DNA of 64,000 nucleotides from Callorhinchus milii. Lineage: Eukaryota. The stretch is from assembly GCF_018977255.1 (NCBI RefSeq), contig NW_024704742.1, positions 16,680,001 to 16,744,000 on the forward strand, written 5' to 3'. Positions 37,755 to 51,789 of this stretch are shown here, in pieces. The notes beneath the pieces are model-generated. The model searched no databases, was not told the origin of the DNA, and saw only the letters and a list, made by a program, of their open reading frames with translations. The position numbers were made by a program, and so were the translations under genes. Every line of letters begins with the position of its first letter. The first letter of the stretch is position 1.

Positions 37755-38175
37755 TAATAATCCTTACATGTGGTATAGCCATTCATGTGAAGAGAACTTC
37801 TCAAAGCAAAGCAGGTGATACTGTGCTGCAGTGATATTGCGTTTTGTGGGTGAACATGATGGCCAATTTGTACAAAATAATGTCCCACAAATAGCCGTGA
37901 AATGAATTAGCAAATTTGGGGTTTGTTGGCTAGGACACCAGGAGGAACTTTCCCTTTTCTTTTTGAGCAATGCCATGGGATCTATAACATCCACTTGGTT
38001 TATTATCTCATATGAAGGATGGCATCTCCAACTACAAGGTTTGCATTGGATTGGAGCACTGTATTGGAGAGTCAGGCTAGATTATCTATATTCAAAGTCT
38101 CAAACGCACGTGGGTTTCAAACACACAATCTTTTACCTCAGAAGTGAGAGTGTTAGAAACTGAGCCCGGCTGACA
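37755..38175 (-). mobile_element. Deu-domain SINE
   Basis: Reverse-complement Deu domain and head. Similar copies at about 9140-9500(-), 35180-35630(-), 55420-55770(+) and 60140-60470(+). Confidence 0.7.
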
Positions 38176-38199
38176 ACTAAGTGGGTCTGAGGCAAAGAA

Positions 38200-39080
38200 A
38201 AGAGAATAAAGTTCAGTGCTGATTAGAAAATTGGCTTAAAAAGGAAAGAAAGAGTAGCTATCAAAAAAAGCTTTTTTGGGTTGAACAAAGTTACTAACCA
38301 GGTTACCTTGAGATCCTTACTGTTTTAAGTGTCTAAATTAAAGACTTGGATGAGAGAATCTAAGTAAAATCTCCATGATATCAAAATAGGTGGCAAAGTA
38401 ATTAGAGAAAGAATTCAATTAGATTTAGAATGATTTGGACCTTCTTGAAAGTTGGGCTGGAAGGTGGCAGATTCAGTTCAATGTGGATAATGTAAAATAA
38501 TTTGTGTGTTAGCAAAGAACCAACAGACAAAATGGTAACTGGAACAGTTATACAATATGATGATGAGGAAAAAGATCCTGGGTTTATTTGCCAGGGAGCA
38601 ATTATCAGTACTTCAGTCGAGTATTAGAAAAAAGCAAATAAAGTACTAGGTTACGTTGTCAGAGGAACAGAGGACAAATCAAAAGAAGTTGTGTTATTGC
38701 TTTGGAAATTGTTGAGCAGACCTCACCTGGAATGAATGCTATGTGCAGTGGGTATCTAATTTTGGGAAGGAGATTATTGGCCTTGAGCAGTGCAGAAGCA
38801 AGAATCAAAGAAGATATCCGGTTTTAAGAATGAAAGTTATGAGGAAGAGTTAATGAAGTGAGTCTTGTTTGAAGGAAAGGCACTGTGAGGTGACTTGCTA
38901 AAAACTGCCAAATTAATTAAGGAGCTTGACAAGATTCATTCTGACAAATTGTTCATTATGCTATAGATTTAAAAAAACTGTATTGGGAGCAAAAGTTATA
39001 AAACAGAAAGGTACATCAGGGGAATGTTTTTTCACAGAGATAATAGAATTATGCAGTACTATTGCAGGGATAGATTCATT
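38200..39080 (+). mobile_element. Highly decayed CR1 RT fragment
   Basis: Remnants of WQxQFNVDKC, DLG, RPHLE and LxGDL in broken frames. Other old CR1 pieces at about 5120-5400, 8700-9030, 39340-39435, 53600-53760(-) and 58240-58480. Confidence 0.65.
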
Positions 39081-41659
39081 GAAATATTCCGGGATGCTAT
39101 CCCGTATGAAGGGCGCTATATAAATGCAAGTTGTTGTCGAAACAGTTCACGAGTCATCAAGAAGTGTTTCTGAAAGAGAAGGACATGAGGATGTATTGAA
39201 GAGGCAGGTAGCTGGGTTTGAATTATAAATACCAGGGGGGCTTTTTGGTCCAACCGTTATGATGCCGCCTTTCTCCTCCCTCCTATTCCTCCCTCCATCT
39301 CTCACCCTGTTCGGGTTCACGCTCTCTGTCAATGAAGTGAGATACACAGTTGAGGTATAGATCAGCCATGATCTAATAGAATGGCAGAACAGACTTGGGG
39401 GACTGAATGGACTGCCCCTGTTCCCATGTTCTTAAGTGCTCTGAGATGGTATCCTACATGAACAGTTCTATATAAATGCCGGTTCTTGGAATTGCTGCTA
39501 TTTTTTGTATGGTTATGGTCAGCTGGGATGATTTCCTATCTTAAAATTTCTTACATTCATGACGTTTTCCTTATAGTTGCTTGGTAGCCACGTTTGTTTC
39601 AGCAACTATTCCCCTAACCTCTAGAACTCCTTCTATCTACCCCTCCTCCTCACCTCCCCATCTATCTTTAAATCCCTACCTCTTCAACAGTGCCTATTGT
39701 TATTTCCATCCTCTCCTTTCCCTTTCTCCCTTTCTTGGTACCTGACTCCATCTGTGTCAGCTTCTCCAAGACATAAAGGGCCCTATGCAAATGAAAGTTG
39801 TTTCAATGAGTACTTTACAGAAGAGATTTTTACATATCACTATAATTTGGAACTCAACCAAATTACAGAGATTAAGTATGTTACTATAATGCTAAAAAGT
39901 CTATAATGAAAAATGATTTGGAAACTGTTCTAGTAAATTACTTTTTATACCTCAATAAAGAGTGATCTGTTCACTCTGTAAAATCAATATTGGTAAGTGA
40001 TACTTTAGAGGCATCAATTTCTAGGAAGGACAAATGCCTCAACTTTTGTTTTAGTATGAATGAGGAATTGCATTATTACCAATATGCACATGCTGTGCAA
40101 TGCATTATTTCTTTTTCTATTGATATACTGATAACATCAGCTATTTTGTATTTGGAATTTATTAAGCTACACTGTGAAGACTTGGGTTAAGAAGGGTACG
40201 ATTAAATTACTCTGAAGAATTGTTACATTGTAATTTACAGGTATTATTAACCCATGTTAATAATACAGTATCAGTTGTAGAAATTGAACTAATTCATAAA
40301 GAAAAATGATAAATATACGGTAAATAAATAGTATAGGATGGTTATCTAAATGCAGATACGTTTGGGCATACTTTCATTTCTCTGGTGTCGACCCCACACC
40401 CCCAGCAATTTATTCCTCTATTTTTCCTGTAATTAGTTTTTTCTTTCTGGCGGCTTAGTTCCACAGAGTATATTGTCCAAGTGTCCAATATTCATTAACC
40501 TTGATGTGAATCATGGCACAGATCCCCTTCTTGACCTCACTTGTCATCCACATATCTTCCACAAGAACCTCCTAGATGACACTCAGAAGGGAGAATCCTG
40601 GCCGATTTTCCCTTCCTAGCCCAGCTGAATCCGCTTGCTTCAGCACACTTACTGCCCGGTCAAAATGCACTAGCTCAGCATATTTTGTTATTTGAACCTG
40701 TGTGCACTGCTGCTGTTCTGTGTAAATTTAAAGCAAAAGTAACTGAAGGCAGCATGATTCCTATATAAGGTACTCATCCTTTTTTAAACACATTTAAAGA
40801 ATCTAAGACCGCAGTTGCTTCTATAGAATAATGTTTCCATTCTTGCTTCACTCATAGAGGGTGTGTTAAGCAGAAACCAGGCACTCTTCTCTTGAGAAGG
40901 ACATGCATAACAGTGAAACACTACATCATTGCACTCTGCTGCTGGGTTCCTCGACTCACTAATATAGGAGCCGAAATGATACAGTCCTTGGAGGAAATGC
41001 CAACCAAAGGAAGTGGAAAATTATAAGATTATCTAAAATTGTGGAGACAAATGCATCAGAGTACAAATGCATCCTCCCATTTGCTCAGCTCATAGTTTTG
41101 AGCAGTACTACATTCTTTCAATGTAGAGGAAAAAAGCGCTCTAGTTTGTTCTGAGAGCACTTTATATTGTTTTATTTTAAATTCAAATAATTGTCAAATT
41201 GAGCTATTAACCCCAGAGAGATTAACATGTGTTCCCACCAAATCTGCCATTATACAATACTCTGCATTACCAATGAAATTAGGTCAGGTTACAGCTGGCT
41301 GGTAATGGGCAGCATCTGTTTGTTTCATCCAACCATATGCAAACTTGCAACCCTGGTGAGTAAGCTGAAATACTACTCTGCTTGAAATGTAAGACCTTTG
41401 GGGTGATTCTTGTGCTGATAAATATGATGGATGCCACTTATTAGGGAACGGTAATTTTTTAAAAAACAATCCAATTTTGACATTTCCAGAAAGCTTTGAA
41501 ACATCCAGTGCACAATAAAGCTTTCACTCTTCTCCCAACTTTTCTTTATTGTAACCTCACAAAGACTCAATTTGGTATCGAGACCTTAGAGGAAATGCCA
41601 ACCAAAAGAAGTGAAAGATTATCCAAAACTGTGGGAAACTAGGTGTTTTAACTCAGTGT

Positions 41660-42025
41660 GATTTTGCTCAGCAGCATCCATCAAATCCCTTCATGCCCGA
41701 GCACCTCCCTACCTCTCCTACCTGCTTATTTCCCAACCAGATACCCACAGCTCCCGCTTGACTGGCTCCATCCTCCTGCTTGTCCCTCGTGCCCTCCGTT
41801 CCACCATTGGTGGCCACTCTTCCAGCCACTATGTCCCAAAACTCTGGAACACTCTTCCTCTACCCCTCCGCCTTGTCCCCTCTTTCCCCATCTTCAGTTC
41901 GGGCCTGAAGACTTTCCTATTCGACCGTGCCTACAATCACCTCCTCATGTCTCGGCGTCATGCTCCACCACTGAGGGTGATACCCTGCATGAGGGGCTCT
42001 ATATAAATGCAAGTTGTTGTTGTAA
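41660..42025 (+). mobile_element. L2 3' fragment
   Basis: PKLWNTLPL..LKTFLFDRAY, ending tataaatgcaag(ttg)n. Confidence 0.8.
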
Positions 42026-43987
42026 GTAGAAATTCACCTCGGGTCTAGATTCATACTTCTCTCCAAAAGTGTATTTTTTTCAACTCCCAGTGATATAATT
42101 ACCTTGTAACTAATTATTGTTTGGTAGGTATTTTATTTTGGTCACAATCTGTATACTGTAGAATTGTTTTTGTTCGCATATGTATTATGTGTATGTACAT
42201 GAATGTGTATTTTCATGCAATGAATTGCGCTTGTCTTGGTTACTTTAATGATGGTGTAACTCACTTGATGTAATTTTTATTTACATTTCATTTTGCAGAA
42301 TTTTTTTTACAAGTGTGTATAAAGCAAAAATATTGAGGCTACAAAGATTGAGGCTAAAATAATTACACAATATTTATTTTACTATAAGAATGCTAAATTT
42401 AGGTAAGAGACTCACTTGTAACCCGTTTTCCTATATAAAAAGACATTTTTGCATTTAACTGAATCGGCTCTGTTGAAGGTATAAATTAGAAAACTGACAT
42501 CTCATTGACATGTCTTCTGCTTTTTTTCATAGCAAAGTGCAGAGAAAAGGCTCTTGGTACAAAAAATCCAACAAGGTTGAAAAGATTAGATTAAAACAAA
42601 GGGAAATCGAAAGTAGTGGTATGATGATAGAAAGCTTGCACATAAGTTATGCAGAGGTTTGTAATTAGAAGAAAATAGGTAGGTAAGATAGATAAGGGAC
42701 CAAGAATCAAGCGTCTGGGAAAGAATAAGTTGGAGTTGAAGCCAGACTCGTGTTTTAATTGTAGTACACTGAGAATGTGCTGGGGGTGGTGGTGGGGAGT
42801 GGGAGGTGAGGGGAGAATATGTTGACTGATGTATTTCGAGTTTCGAAAGAACAATATTGATCAAACAGAGGAAAATAGGATAGTTTGTGATTTAGAGGGA
42901 GGGAGAGAGGTAAGAGTTGAGGGAAGGATCTTTTAGATAACAAACGCCTGATACTGCACTTTAAGTGTTAGGAATATCTAATGCAATATTATTGCTTTGG
43001 AGCTAAATAAAATCTTAATTTTGTGAACTACTTTAACTTTTGAAAACTTAGTTTCTGCCCTGCTTTTTTTTCAATTATCTTTCTACGTCTCTCATTTTGT
43101 TTGCTCCTGATCTTCCATATTTATTGTGTATTACTTGCTACTGGATTTTAACAGTTATTGTTACCTTTTTGATTGAACTCTTCAACATTCCACTGCATGC
43201 CATTTTGCTCTTCTTGTGCTTCTAAAGACCTGACTGAATGACCTACTGATATTTGTCAGCTGGGACAGATAAGTGTGATTCCTGATAAGTGAAGTCGGTC
43301 ATAAACGAAGCTGATCATAGACATAGCCATTCCACCACTTTGCCAGTTCCTGCAGCTGACTGTTCTTTGCCACTCATTCTATTTCATGTCCTCCTGTGCA
43401 CAGTTCCATTATCTTAGTTTCGGCATTCCACTTGGTCTTTTCCCTTTCCATCAATTGTTAAGGGTATTGATCTTACACTTTAAGGCAAAAACGTGCCACC
43501 CATTATAACCTTCTTGTCTTAACTCTTTATTACTGCATGCAAGCTGGTCATTTTTTTCTCCTTGTTTCAGTATTTGTTGTTCTGTTGTTATGAGGATAAG
43601 TAGGGACAATGATGAATTGATGTTCTGTAAAAGATGATGATTGCTCAGCTGGCAAACACCAGCACACACCAGTACTTTCAGAAGAGGAGATAATGGGGAA
43701 AAACATTTTTTTGGTCAGCCGGGTGTCTGATAAGCAGAAACCCATTACCATGCTTAAGAGTTTTCAAACCAAACAGAGTTCCACGCATCCCGCCTATACA
43801 TATATATATATAGCGTTAATATTTTATATTGCACATCAGTCAAGCTTCTTTCACCATGGGATTGCTGGTTCATGTTTGCTCTACAGACTTGTGCCCATTA
43901 CGAACTATATTCAGCCTGCCCAGAATGCATTCACATCAGATCTCTGCAGCTGATGGAGAGAATAGAGACTTGCCATGTCCGAGGTAA

Positions 43988-44308
43988 AGTCCTGTAGCTC
44001 AGTGGTTAGAGCACTCGCTTTGCAAGTGAGAGACCTGGGTTCAATTCCAGGCAGGGCGAAACCTTGGGCAAGTTTCCTTACTCCATACACCTAATAATAA
44101 TCCCTTCAAAACAAAACAATAATAAATTGGTCATTTTCAATCCATGACTGTTTGTGGGACATTGCTGTGCGCAATTGGCTGCCACGTTCGCCCACAAATA
44201 TACAGTCAATTAACTTTACAGTATATTCTGTGAAGCACTTTGGGACGTCTAGAAGACGTAAAAAGCGCTATATCAAATGCAAGGATTATTATTATTATTA
44301 TTATTATA
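43988..44308 (+). mobile_element. tRNA(Ala, TGC)-derived SINE, young full-length copy
   Basis: A box GTAGCTCAGTGG, anticodon arm ctcgc-tttgcaa, B box GGTTCAATTCC. L2-like tail ...AAATGCAAGGA(TTA)n. Near-identical to the copies at 53079 and 62255. Confidence 0.9.
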
Positions 44309-45879
44309 CATGGAAATTCCAGAGATATTTATTAGAATGGAATGCGCATTCTCTCCCAGGAGGGATGCATTTTGCTTCTAATTCCGGAAAGTATTAGGTG
44401 CAGGTTGGCAAGAGTTAAGGTTTGGGGTCCCCAGAGTGTGTGCTGGGATACTGCTGGAGTCTTACCAGCTAAAACCACATGTCTTGCCATTGAAAGTACT
44501 GCCTGGCAAGCTTTCCTACTGCTTGTCCAGCGACGACTACACTATTCATTAGGGATTTTGCTTCCAGGATTAACGGAAGCTGAGTGGGAAGAGTCCCTGC
44601 CTCCAGTGAGTGGCCTGCCTTCCAAAGTCCTGCTGTTGAACCAGCCTGGCTGGGGTACTGCTGGAGATCTGACTCAATTCTGACATTCCGTTGCCAAACA
44701 TCACCATTTTAGCTCCAAGGAGACCCCACTTGCCTCCACCCTGAGGAGACATAACATAAAACTTAAATGTTTGGAGCACATGATACAGTGAATGACTGTC
44801 TGTGTTGGCAATAAATTTGGAGTGAATGATCTTTTCTTGTTTCACTCTTTATCATGTTCTCTTTTTTCATATTTCTTTTGCCTGGCAAAGAACATCCCAG
44901 ATGAATAAAAGCAATACATACTCATCTCCTCATTGAACATTGGCTCCATTCCTTCTAGGACAATCTAGGGAATCACGGCTATGCGACACATTTGATAGGA
45001 TTAAATCCAAATCCTGTATCGATATCCTTCAAATTTCCATGAATTACAATTGTGGATTAGTTTGCATTTTTTTGTGTTCCAAACTCTTATCTGTAAACTC
45101 AAACTGTCAATTTCCATTAGACAGTACAGATAAGAGGACAAAACTAATATGAGCCCATAATTTAATTTTGACTTATAATTTAAGGTCACACTGAATTTTT
45201 GAAGGTCCTTAAATTCAATCTTCATTGGATTCTGCAGTTTTCAAATAAATTTGGAGGGGGGACCTTCAGCCTCTCTGCCCCCACCCTCTGAAATCTCCAT
45301 CCCACAGTCCCTACGCCTCCCCCACCAACCCCCTCTCCCCTCGCCTCCTTCAAAACCTGTCTCAAGAATCTCCTCGTCGACCGCACCTTCGGGCACCCTC
45401 CTACGTCTACCCTCCTTGCCCTCCACCTCTCCTGATCCCAACCACCAGCTCAGGTGCGGATTCCTGATTGTCCAATGCCTTGGGATGTCCTCCCGATGTG
45501 AAAGGCACTAAACAAATGTTTGTTTCATTCTGTTTTGTTATCTTGTTGCTGATATTAAAAAATCATCAAAAAGTCAATACAATAAAACAATTTTAGTGTA
45601 AAAAGAACAATATTCATTATAGTGATACATTTCCTTACTGAAAAATATAAAGGATATGTTGGACCCAGACTTGTTCAAGTTGTTCAAGTCAAGAAGAATG
45701 ACTTCCTGTCTATTGTGAATTAGACAGAATTACAGTTACTCTATACGGATTCTACTGCAGTTTCTGCAACAATGTTTTGCAGTTTTCATATTGCGTCAGT
45801 AAAGAAACTGATCAATTACACAGCATGATGTGTGTGAAGAAAACGCCACTTAAAGAATGCATCATTGAAATTTAAGCGA

Positions 45880-46625
45880 AGGCAGAGAGGTGGGAGGGTG
45901 ACCGAAGGCACGATCGAAGAGGAGGGTCTAGAGACCGGCCTTGAAAGAGACAATGGAGAAAGTGAGACGAAGAGATGGAGTCCCAGAGTGTGGGGGCAGA
46001 GAGGCTGAAAGCTCAGCCACCGATGGTAGAGCTGGTCGGGCGGGAGACATGGAGCAGGCCGGAGCCCGCTGATCGGAGGGAATGGGCAGATTGGTAGGGA
46101 GTCAGCAGTCAGAGAGGTAGGAGGGGGCAAGACTATGGATGGCCTTGAAAGTGAGGACGAGGATCTTGAATTCGATCCTCTGAGGGATGGAGAGCCAGTG
46201 GAGTCGGGTGATGGTGGAATTGATGGGGTCACGGAGCCTGATGCGTGAGAGTACACAAGCTGCAGAGTTTTGGATGATCTGCAGTTTGCGAAGGGAAGAG
46301 TTGTAAAGGCCGACGAGGAGGGAATTTCCATAATCGAGCCTTGATGTGACGAATGTGTGGGTGAGGGTTTCGGCAGCCTGAGGGGTGTGGCAGTGGCAGA
46401 GTATGGCAATGTTGCGAAGGTGGTGGTAGGCAGTGCCAGTCATGGCGCAGATGTGGGGAAGTTCAGAGTCAAACAAAACACCCAGGATCCTGACTGGCTT
46501 AGTGAGGTTGAGTGTGCAGCCATGGATGCTGATTCCAGCGCCCGAGGTGTGGAGGCGCTGGCACGAGCCAATCAGGAGGGCCTCGGTCTTGCTGACGTTC
46601 AGTTGAAGAAAGTTGTCCAACGTTA
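45880..46625 (-). mobile_element. L2 ORF2 C-terminal fragment
   Basis: NFLQLNVSKTE...FVTSRLDYGNSLL...LHWL..RIEFKIL. Confidence 0.9.
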
Positions 46626-46639
46626 CAAATCCCTTAATT

Positions 46640-47275
46640 CCCTGGTCTCCATGGCCTTGCCCCACCCTATCTCTATGACCTCCTAACCCCCTACCAACCT
46701 GCCCACTCCCTCCGCTCAGCTGGCTCCAGCCTGCTCCACGTGGCGGGAAGCCTTCAGCCACACTGCCCCCAACCTCTGGAATTCCATCTTCCAATCACTC
46801 CGCCTCGCCCCCCTCCTTAGCTTCCTTCAAGTCCCACCTCGAAACCTTCCTCTTCAACCATGCCATCGGTCACTCCACTTCCTCTCCCTTCTCCCTCCCT
46901 AACCCCAGCTCGGGTCTGAAATGCCTTGGGACATCCTCCCCGACGTGAAAGGCGCTATACAAATGTAATCTTGTTGTTGTTGTAAGCAGACCACTCCACT
47001 ACCTGCCACCTTGCTCGTCTAGCCCTGGTCTCCTTCTTGTCCCTCGTTCTCTCCACTCCACCATCGGAAGCTGTGCTTTCAGGTACTACGCCCTAAAACT
47101 TTGGAACTCTCTCTCAATTCCTCCACCTTGCCCTCTCCTTCCCCATTTTCAGATTACGTTTGAAGACCTTACTCTTCGACCAGGTTTACGGTTACCTCCC
47201 CCAGGCTCGACGACAGCCTCCGCCATTGTTCAGCACTCTGAGATGCTATCCTATATAAATGCTAGTTGTTGTTCT
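46640..47275 (+). mobile_element. Two tandem L2 3' ends
   Basis: Tails near 46985 and 47275. Another L2 3' end lies at about 45250-45530. Confidence 0.75.
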
Positions 47276-49344
47276 AATTAGATGACTACTGTAGATTTTA
47301 GGATTATGGGAAGACTGAAGGAAGTAAGGAATGTTACAGACTTGCTATCCTGCAAAGAAATGAATAGCAAACACCAGAACATATTCAACACAGTGAAGAC
47401 TCAGGCAGGAAGGACCACATGTGTTAACATCATACATACAGGGTAGGAGGAATTAGTTGAAGTAAGTTCAGAGGATATATATATGATAGTATTGAGACTT
47501 TTTTTAAAAAATGCGAATTGCAAAGGAGGAAATAGTGGTTTGAGTCTGGAGATGAGGGAAGGATGATGTGGAAATTGATTTTTTTTTGCATCACATTCAT
47601 GAGTGCAATCAAGGAGCTAGAAGATGTTCCCCTGATGGGAGAGCAGGATTGAAGTCTTGAACAAAGGTGAAGTTTATACATCTCTTTGAGTATTGAAGGG
47701 AAAAGGGTTTTGTTGTGTGCCACTAAAGAGGAAACCAGTTTTCTATGAAGCAGGATTCGAATGGAAGAAATGTAAAATTTGCCATTCAGACCACTAAATC
47801 AGTAGAGTTATAAAGAGTTGGTTAAACCAAGAGGCATGAAAATTCTTTGTTTTTTGAAAAGTTGAAAGATTGTGCATCATGCTGATTCACATGACTTTTG
47901 CTCCAAATTCAAATCTCAAAGTTGAGGTTTGATGTGGTTGGAATGACATATGGGGAATTCCCTGAAGAAAACGCAGTTTATATCATGGATATATTTTACA
48001 TTGCTTATGCCTTCAAAGCTCTGTTTCACCTCAAAACCATTTTAGCTGCAATGTCCTTTAAACCAGAATGTAAAATGTATTTGCTTCAAATATTGTATTT
48101 CCAGCCCTATAAGCAAAAACAATTCATTGTGCAGTGAATCAGAGTATTATAAAAATCAGTCAAGTTTCACATGCATTTAAATTTGTGATATGCATAACTT
48201 TACATGTAACATCATCAAAATGAAGACTGTTAGGCATATGGATTTGGACGCTTGACAGTAATGAACACTATTCTGAACTGAAGAGCCTATCGACAAATAC
48301 CAAGAGCTTTGGACATGTTTCATTAACAATGCTAGAACTACTGCCAATTTGTTCATTGAGTTGTTCAAAATATTTGGGAAAAAACCTTAAGATCAAAAGC
48401 ACTGAAAAGAGCTGAAATAAGGGAGAATTTGTTCTCATTTGTAATTTTATTTAGTGCTTATACTATTGAAAGAGAAGTCAGCGATTCAGGCTGTGGAGCA
48501 ATGTAAGGCAGAAAGCCTGGTTTATATTTCTTGATATTGTAATTGACTGATATGTTGAAGAGTTGTCTGAACAGCCAGTCCTTTAACAATATTGCAGAAT
48601 AATTCCATGCAAGTTTCTGGGCCATCTCCTGGGCGACCTGAGGGTTTTAAAGGGCTCACGAGAGTCACATCACTGCAGTTATACCACAACAGGAAAAATC
48701 AGTCTGTTTCTAAAAGCACCTCCTCCAGGTGGTGTCCATAATAATAAGCATCCTTGCATTTGATATAGCGCTTTATTACTTCTTCGAGACGTCTCAAAGG
48801 GCTTCACAGAATACACTGTAAAGTGAATTGACTGTGCATTTTGTGGGCAAAACGTAGCGCTTTAGTGCAATTAATGCTGGCTCCACACTGCATATTTCAT
48901 GCTAAAAATGCTGCCAAACTGCAGTGATTTGCCATGGTGGCCACAGTATAAATGCATTATTTGTAATTCCTCTCCCCTCCCCCCCAGTAAAAATTCTAAA
49001 AGCTGTTTTTAATTTACGAATTTTATTTTGTGATGTAATTCATTCATTTGACAAGTTTACGTTTAGTCTGGGTATTGAGCAAATGTGCAATAAAGTTTCC
49101 TCTCAAAAAGCGTTTAGCAGTGAGTTGTAAGCAGAGAAAATATGTCACTACTTAGCACAGAGTACAGTTTGAATTGCAGCAATGTGGTACAGCACCCTCT
49201 AGAGATGAAACAACATTGTCTGGAGGATGTGTGGAAATTGCCTCAGTATCGGACAATTGCAGTTTCCACGACGATAGTTTCCTTGCAAAGAAAAATGCAT
49301 ACATTATTTATCATTGAAGAAGGCAACATATTCATTTTATACTT

Positions 49345-49890
49345 TTTTTGGTCAGCCGTGTGTGCGATACATACAGAAACCCATCGCCATGCTTAAGAGT
49401 ATCCAAACCAAACTGAGAGTTCCATGTATCCCACCTTACATTGGAAATTCCCATTTCAGGAATAGAATGAGCACTTCTCTCCCCAGAGGGGTGTATCCGT
49501 CTTACTAATCCTGGAAAGTAATAGGCATGGGTTGGCAAGAGCCAAGGCTTGAGGATCCCAGAGTACGTGTTACGGTACAGTTGGAGTTTAACCAGCTAAA
49601 ACTATGAAGCTTGCCATTGAAAACACTGTCTGTATTGCTTGACTAGCTAGGACCAATCTAACCATTAAGGGTATAATTTGCTGGATTAACAGGAGTTAAA
49701 TGGGAAGAATTCCTGCTCCGAGTGACTGATCTACCCCTCCAAGTCCAGCCTAGCTGGTCTGGCATCAGAGATGCCCTGGAGTACTGCGGGCCTGCCCGGA
49801 TCAGGAACTGGACTATCAAGACTGCAGAGAGGATTGATTGAACTCCAGCATTCTTTGCCAAGAACACTATCTTGGAGCCAGTTCAGCTCC
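49345..49890 (+). repeat. Unclassified interspersed repeat (family X)
   Basis: Collinear with the 13215 and 43708/44309 copies. Confidence 0.75.
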
Positions 49891-51003
49891 AAGGAGATCC
49901 TAATAATAATAATCCTTGCATTTCATTTAATGCCCTTTATGTCAAGGAGGATGTCTCAAAGCGCTTTACAGGATATATTGAAAAAGAGTAATAGTATAGT
50001 ACAAATAGTATTTGTAGGTGAAAATGTGGAAGCTCGCGTGCACCAATGTTGTCCCATAAACAGCCATGAAGTGAATGAACAATTCTAATTGGGGGATTGT
50101 TGGCCACGACACCAGGAGAAACTCAGCTCTCTTCTCACCTTAGTAATTTTGCCTTGTGTTTACGTGGCATTACAATAGTATGCAGTCTGACATCAGTCTA
50201 ACAAACGGAGATCTCCTGGTGATCATGCTAGTGGTTGTGAGCAGCACTGAAAAGTGATGTAGATTTTCCATACCTCATTGCATTGTCAAGCAATTGTTGA
50301 GTTAACGTAAGCTTTGTTGAATCTCCTGCATACAAGGTACAGAGTTCCAGGAAAGGTCACTGTCCAGGAAAGAGTTCTTCAGGCTTGTTGCAATGGTGTG
50401 AAACTACGCTACTAGTAACAATTGCAGATTGCTTGAGCTGGCACAGAGCATTGAGAGGCAGTTACAGAGTTCTTGTATCCTAGAGTAACCACATGTAGGC
50501 ATGTCTCGAGGGACAGCAACTTTATGGTGCTACTTCAGATTCTGACAGCCCGGTTACATCTCTTCAAAGTTGAGGATGATGAACTCTGGCATGGTGTAAA
50601 CCATCTTATCAAGTCGACTGGTCCGCACAGCTTGTGAATTTGTTAATCTGCAAGCGGGAGCTGGGTATTTTTTTTGACGATAATAGTTAACATCTCAACA
50701 ATAGACAGATGTAGATTTTATGGAAAACTAAAGTTGTCAACAGTGACAAATAAGACTCGATTTTCTTGAAGATTTTTACTCTGCTGTTTTTAAAACAATC
50801 TCTTAAATTCATTGCTCCAGTAGATATTGAATATGATTACCAATCTGAATGTTTTTAACTGAAATTACAATCCTTATAGTGTGGGTAAATAGCATCATAG
50901 CTCATCTTCCTTGACAGACTTACTGGGTCACGAGGAGTCTGACCCTGTCTTTGTAAAGTGCTTTTATCATATGTGAAGGGTGCTAAATAAATGCAAATAA
51001 ATG

Positions 51004-51350
51004 TGGAGTCCCGTTGCGTATTGGAGCTCTTATCTCGCAAACGAGAGGCCCTGGGTTCAATTCCCGGGCAGGGCGAAACCTTAGGCATGTTTCTTTACTC
51101 CAAAAGCCTCTGTTTACCCAGCAGTAAGTAGGAACCTAGTTGTTAGTTGATTGGTGTATTGCATTCGGTGGGATAATAATCCCTAAAAAAAAAGTCTCTC
51201 AATCTCTGACTGTTTGTGGAACACTGCTGAGCGCAATTGGCTGCTGCGTTTTGCCCACAAAATATATAGTCAATTCACTTTACCGTATATTCTGTGAAGT
51301 CCCTTGAGACATCTCAATGATGCGATAAGACACTATATTATTATCTTATT
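51004..51350 (+). mobile_element. tRNA-derived SINE, long variant with an extra central block
   Basis: Same head and tail, plus ctctgtttacccagcagtaagtagg...gattgg, which the young copies lack. Confidence 0.8.
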
Positions 51351-51789
51351 GTTAAGTGTTTATTGTGGTATTGATTTGCATGGTGGTCTGCTAAATGTCA
51401 GAGGGCATTTGTATGCCCAACGGATGTACCCATTATTGTCAGCTCCATACATTATGCTTAAATACCAATGAACTGCCTGTTAGGCTGAACAGTCACAGCA
51501 GGGAGTAAATATAAATGCAATAAACTCTTGAGTAATGTGTCAGTTTCAGGCATTAACGTTTAGCTTACAAAATGCGATTGTATGAACACCTATGTCAGTC
51601 TCACTCATTATGGCACAATTAAAAGCAGCAATGCAGAAAACAAATTTACATTTAATGTTGCATTTGCAATTATGTGGCTCCAAAAGTTAAATACAATGGT
51701 GGTATCTATTTGATGATAGTGCATTACATAAAGCATTAATGTGTTTAGCAATCTATTGATAATAGATAATGATAATCTAACAATAAATT

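Noticed and set aside
43988..44070. tRNA-Ala(TGC) gene (also at 53079 and 62500-62579)
   Set aside because: The acceptor stem does not close, and each head continues into a shared SINE body and tail.
46102..46794. 230-aa ORF as a gene
   Set aside because: Chance fusion of antisense L2 sequence with an L2 ORF2 fragment.
45880..46985. Twin-priming 5' inversion of one L2
   Set aside because: Both oppositely oriented pieces include the same 3' region, which fits separate insertions better.
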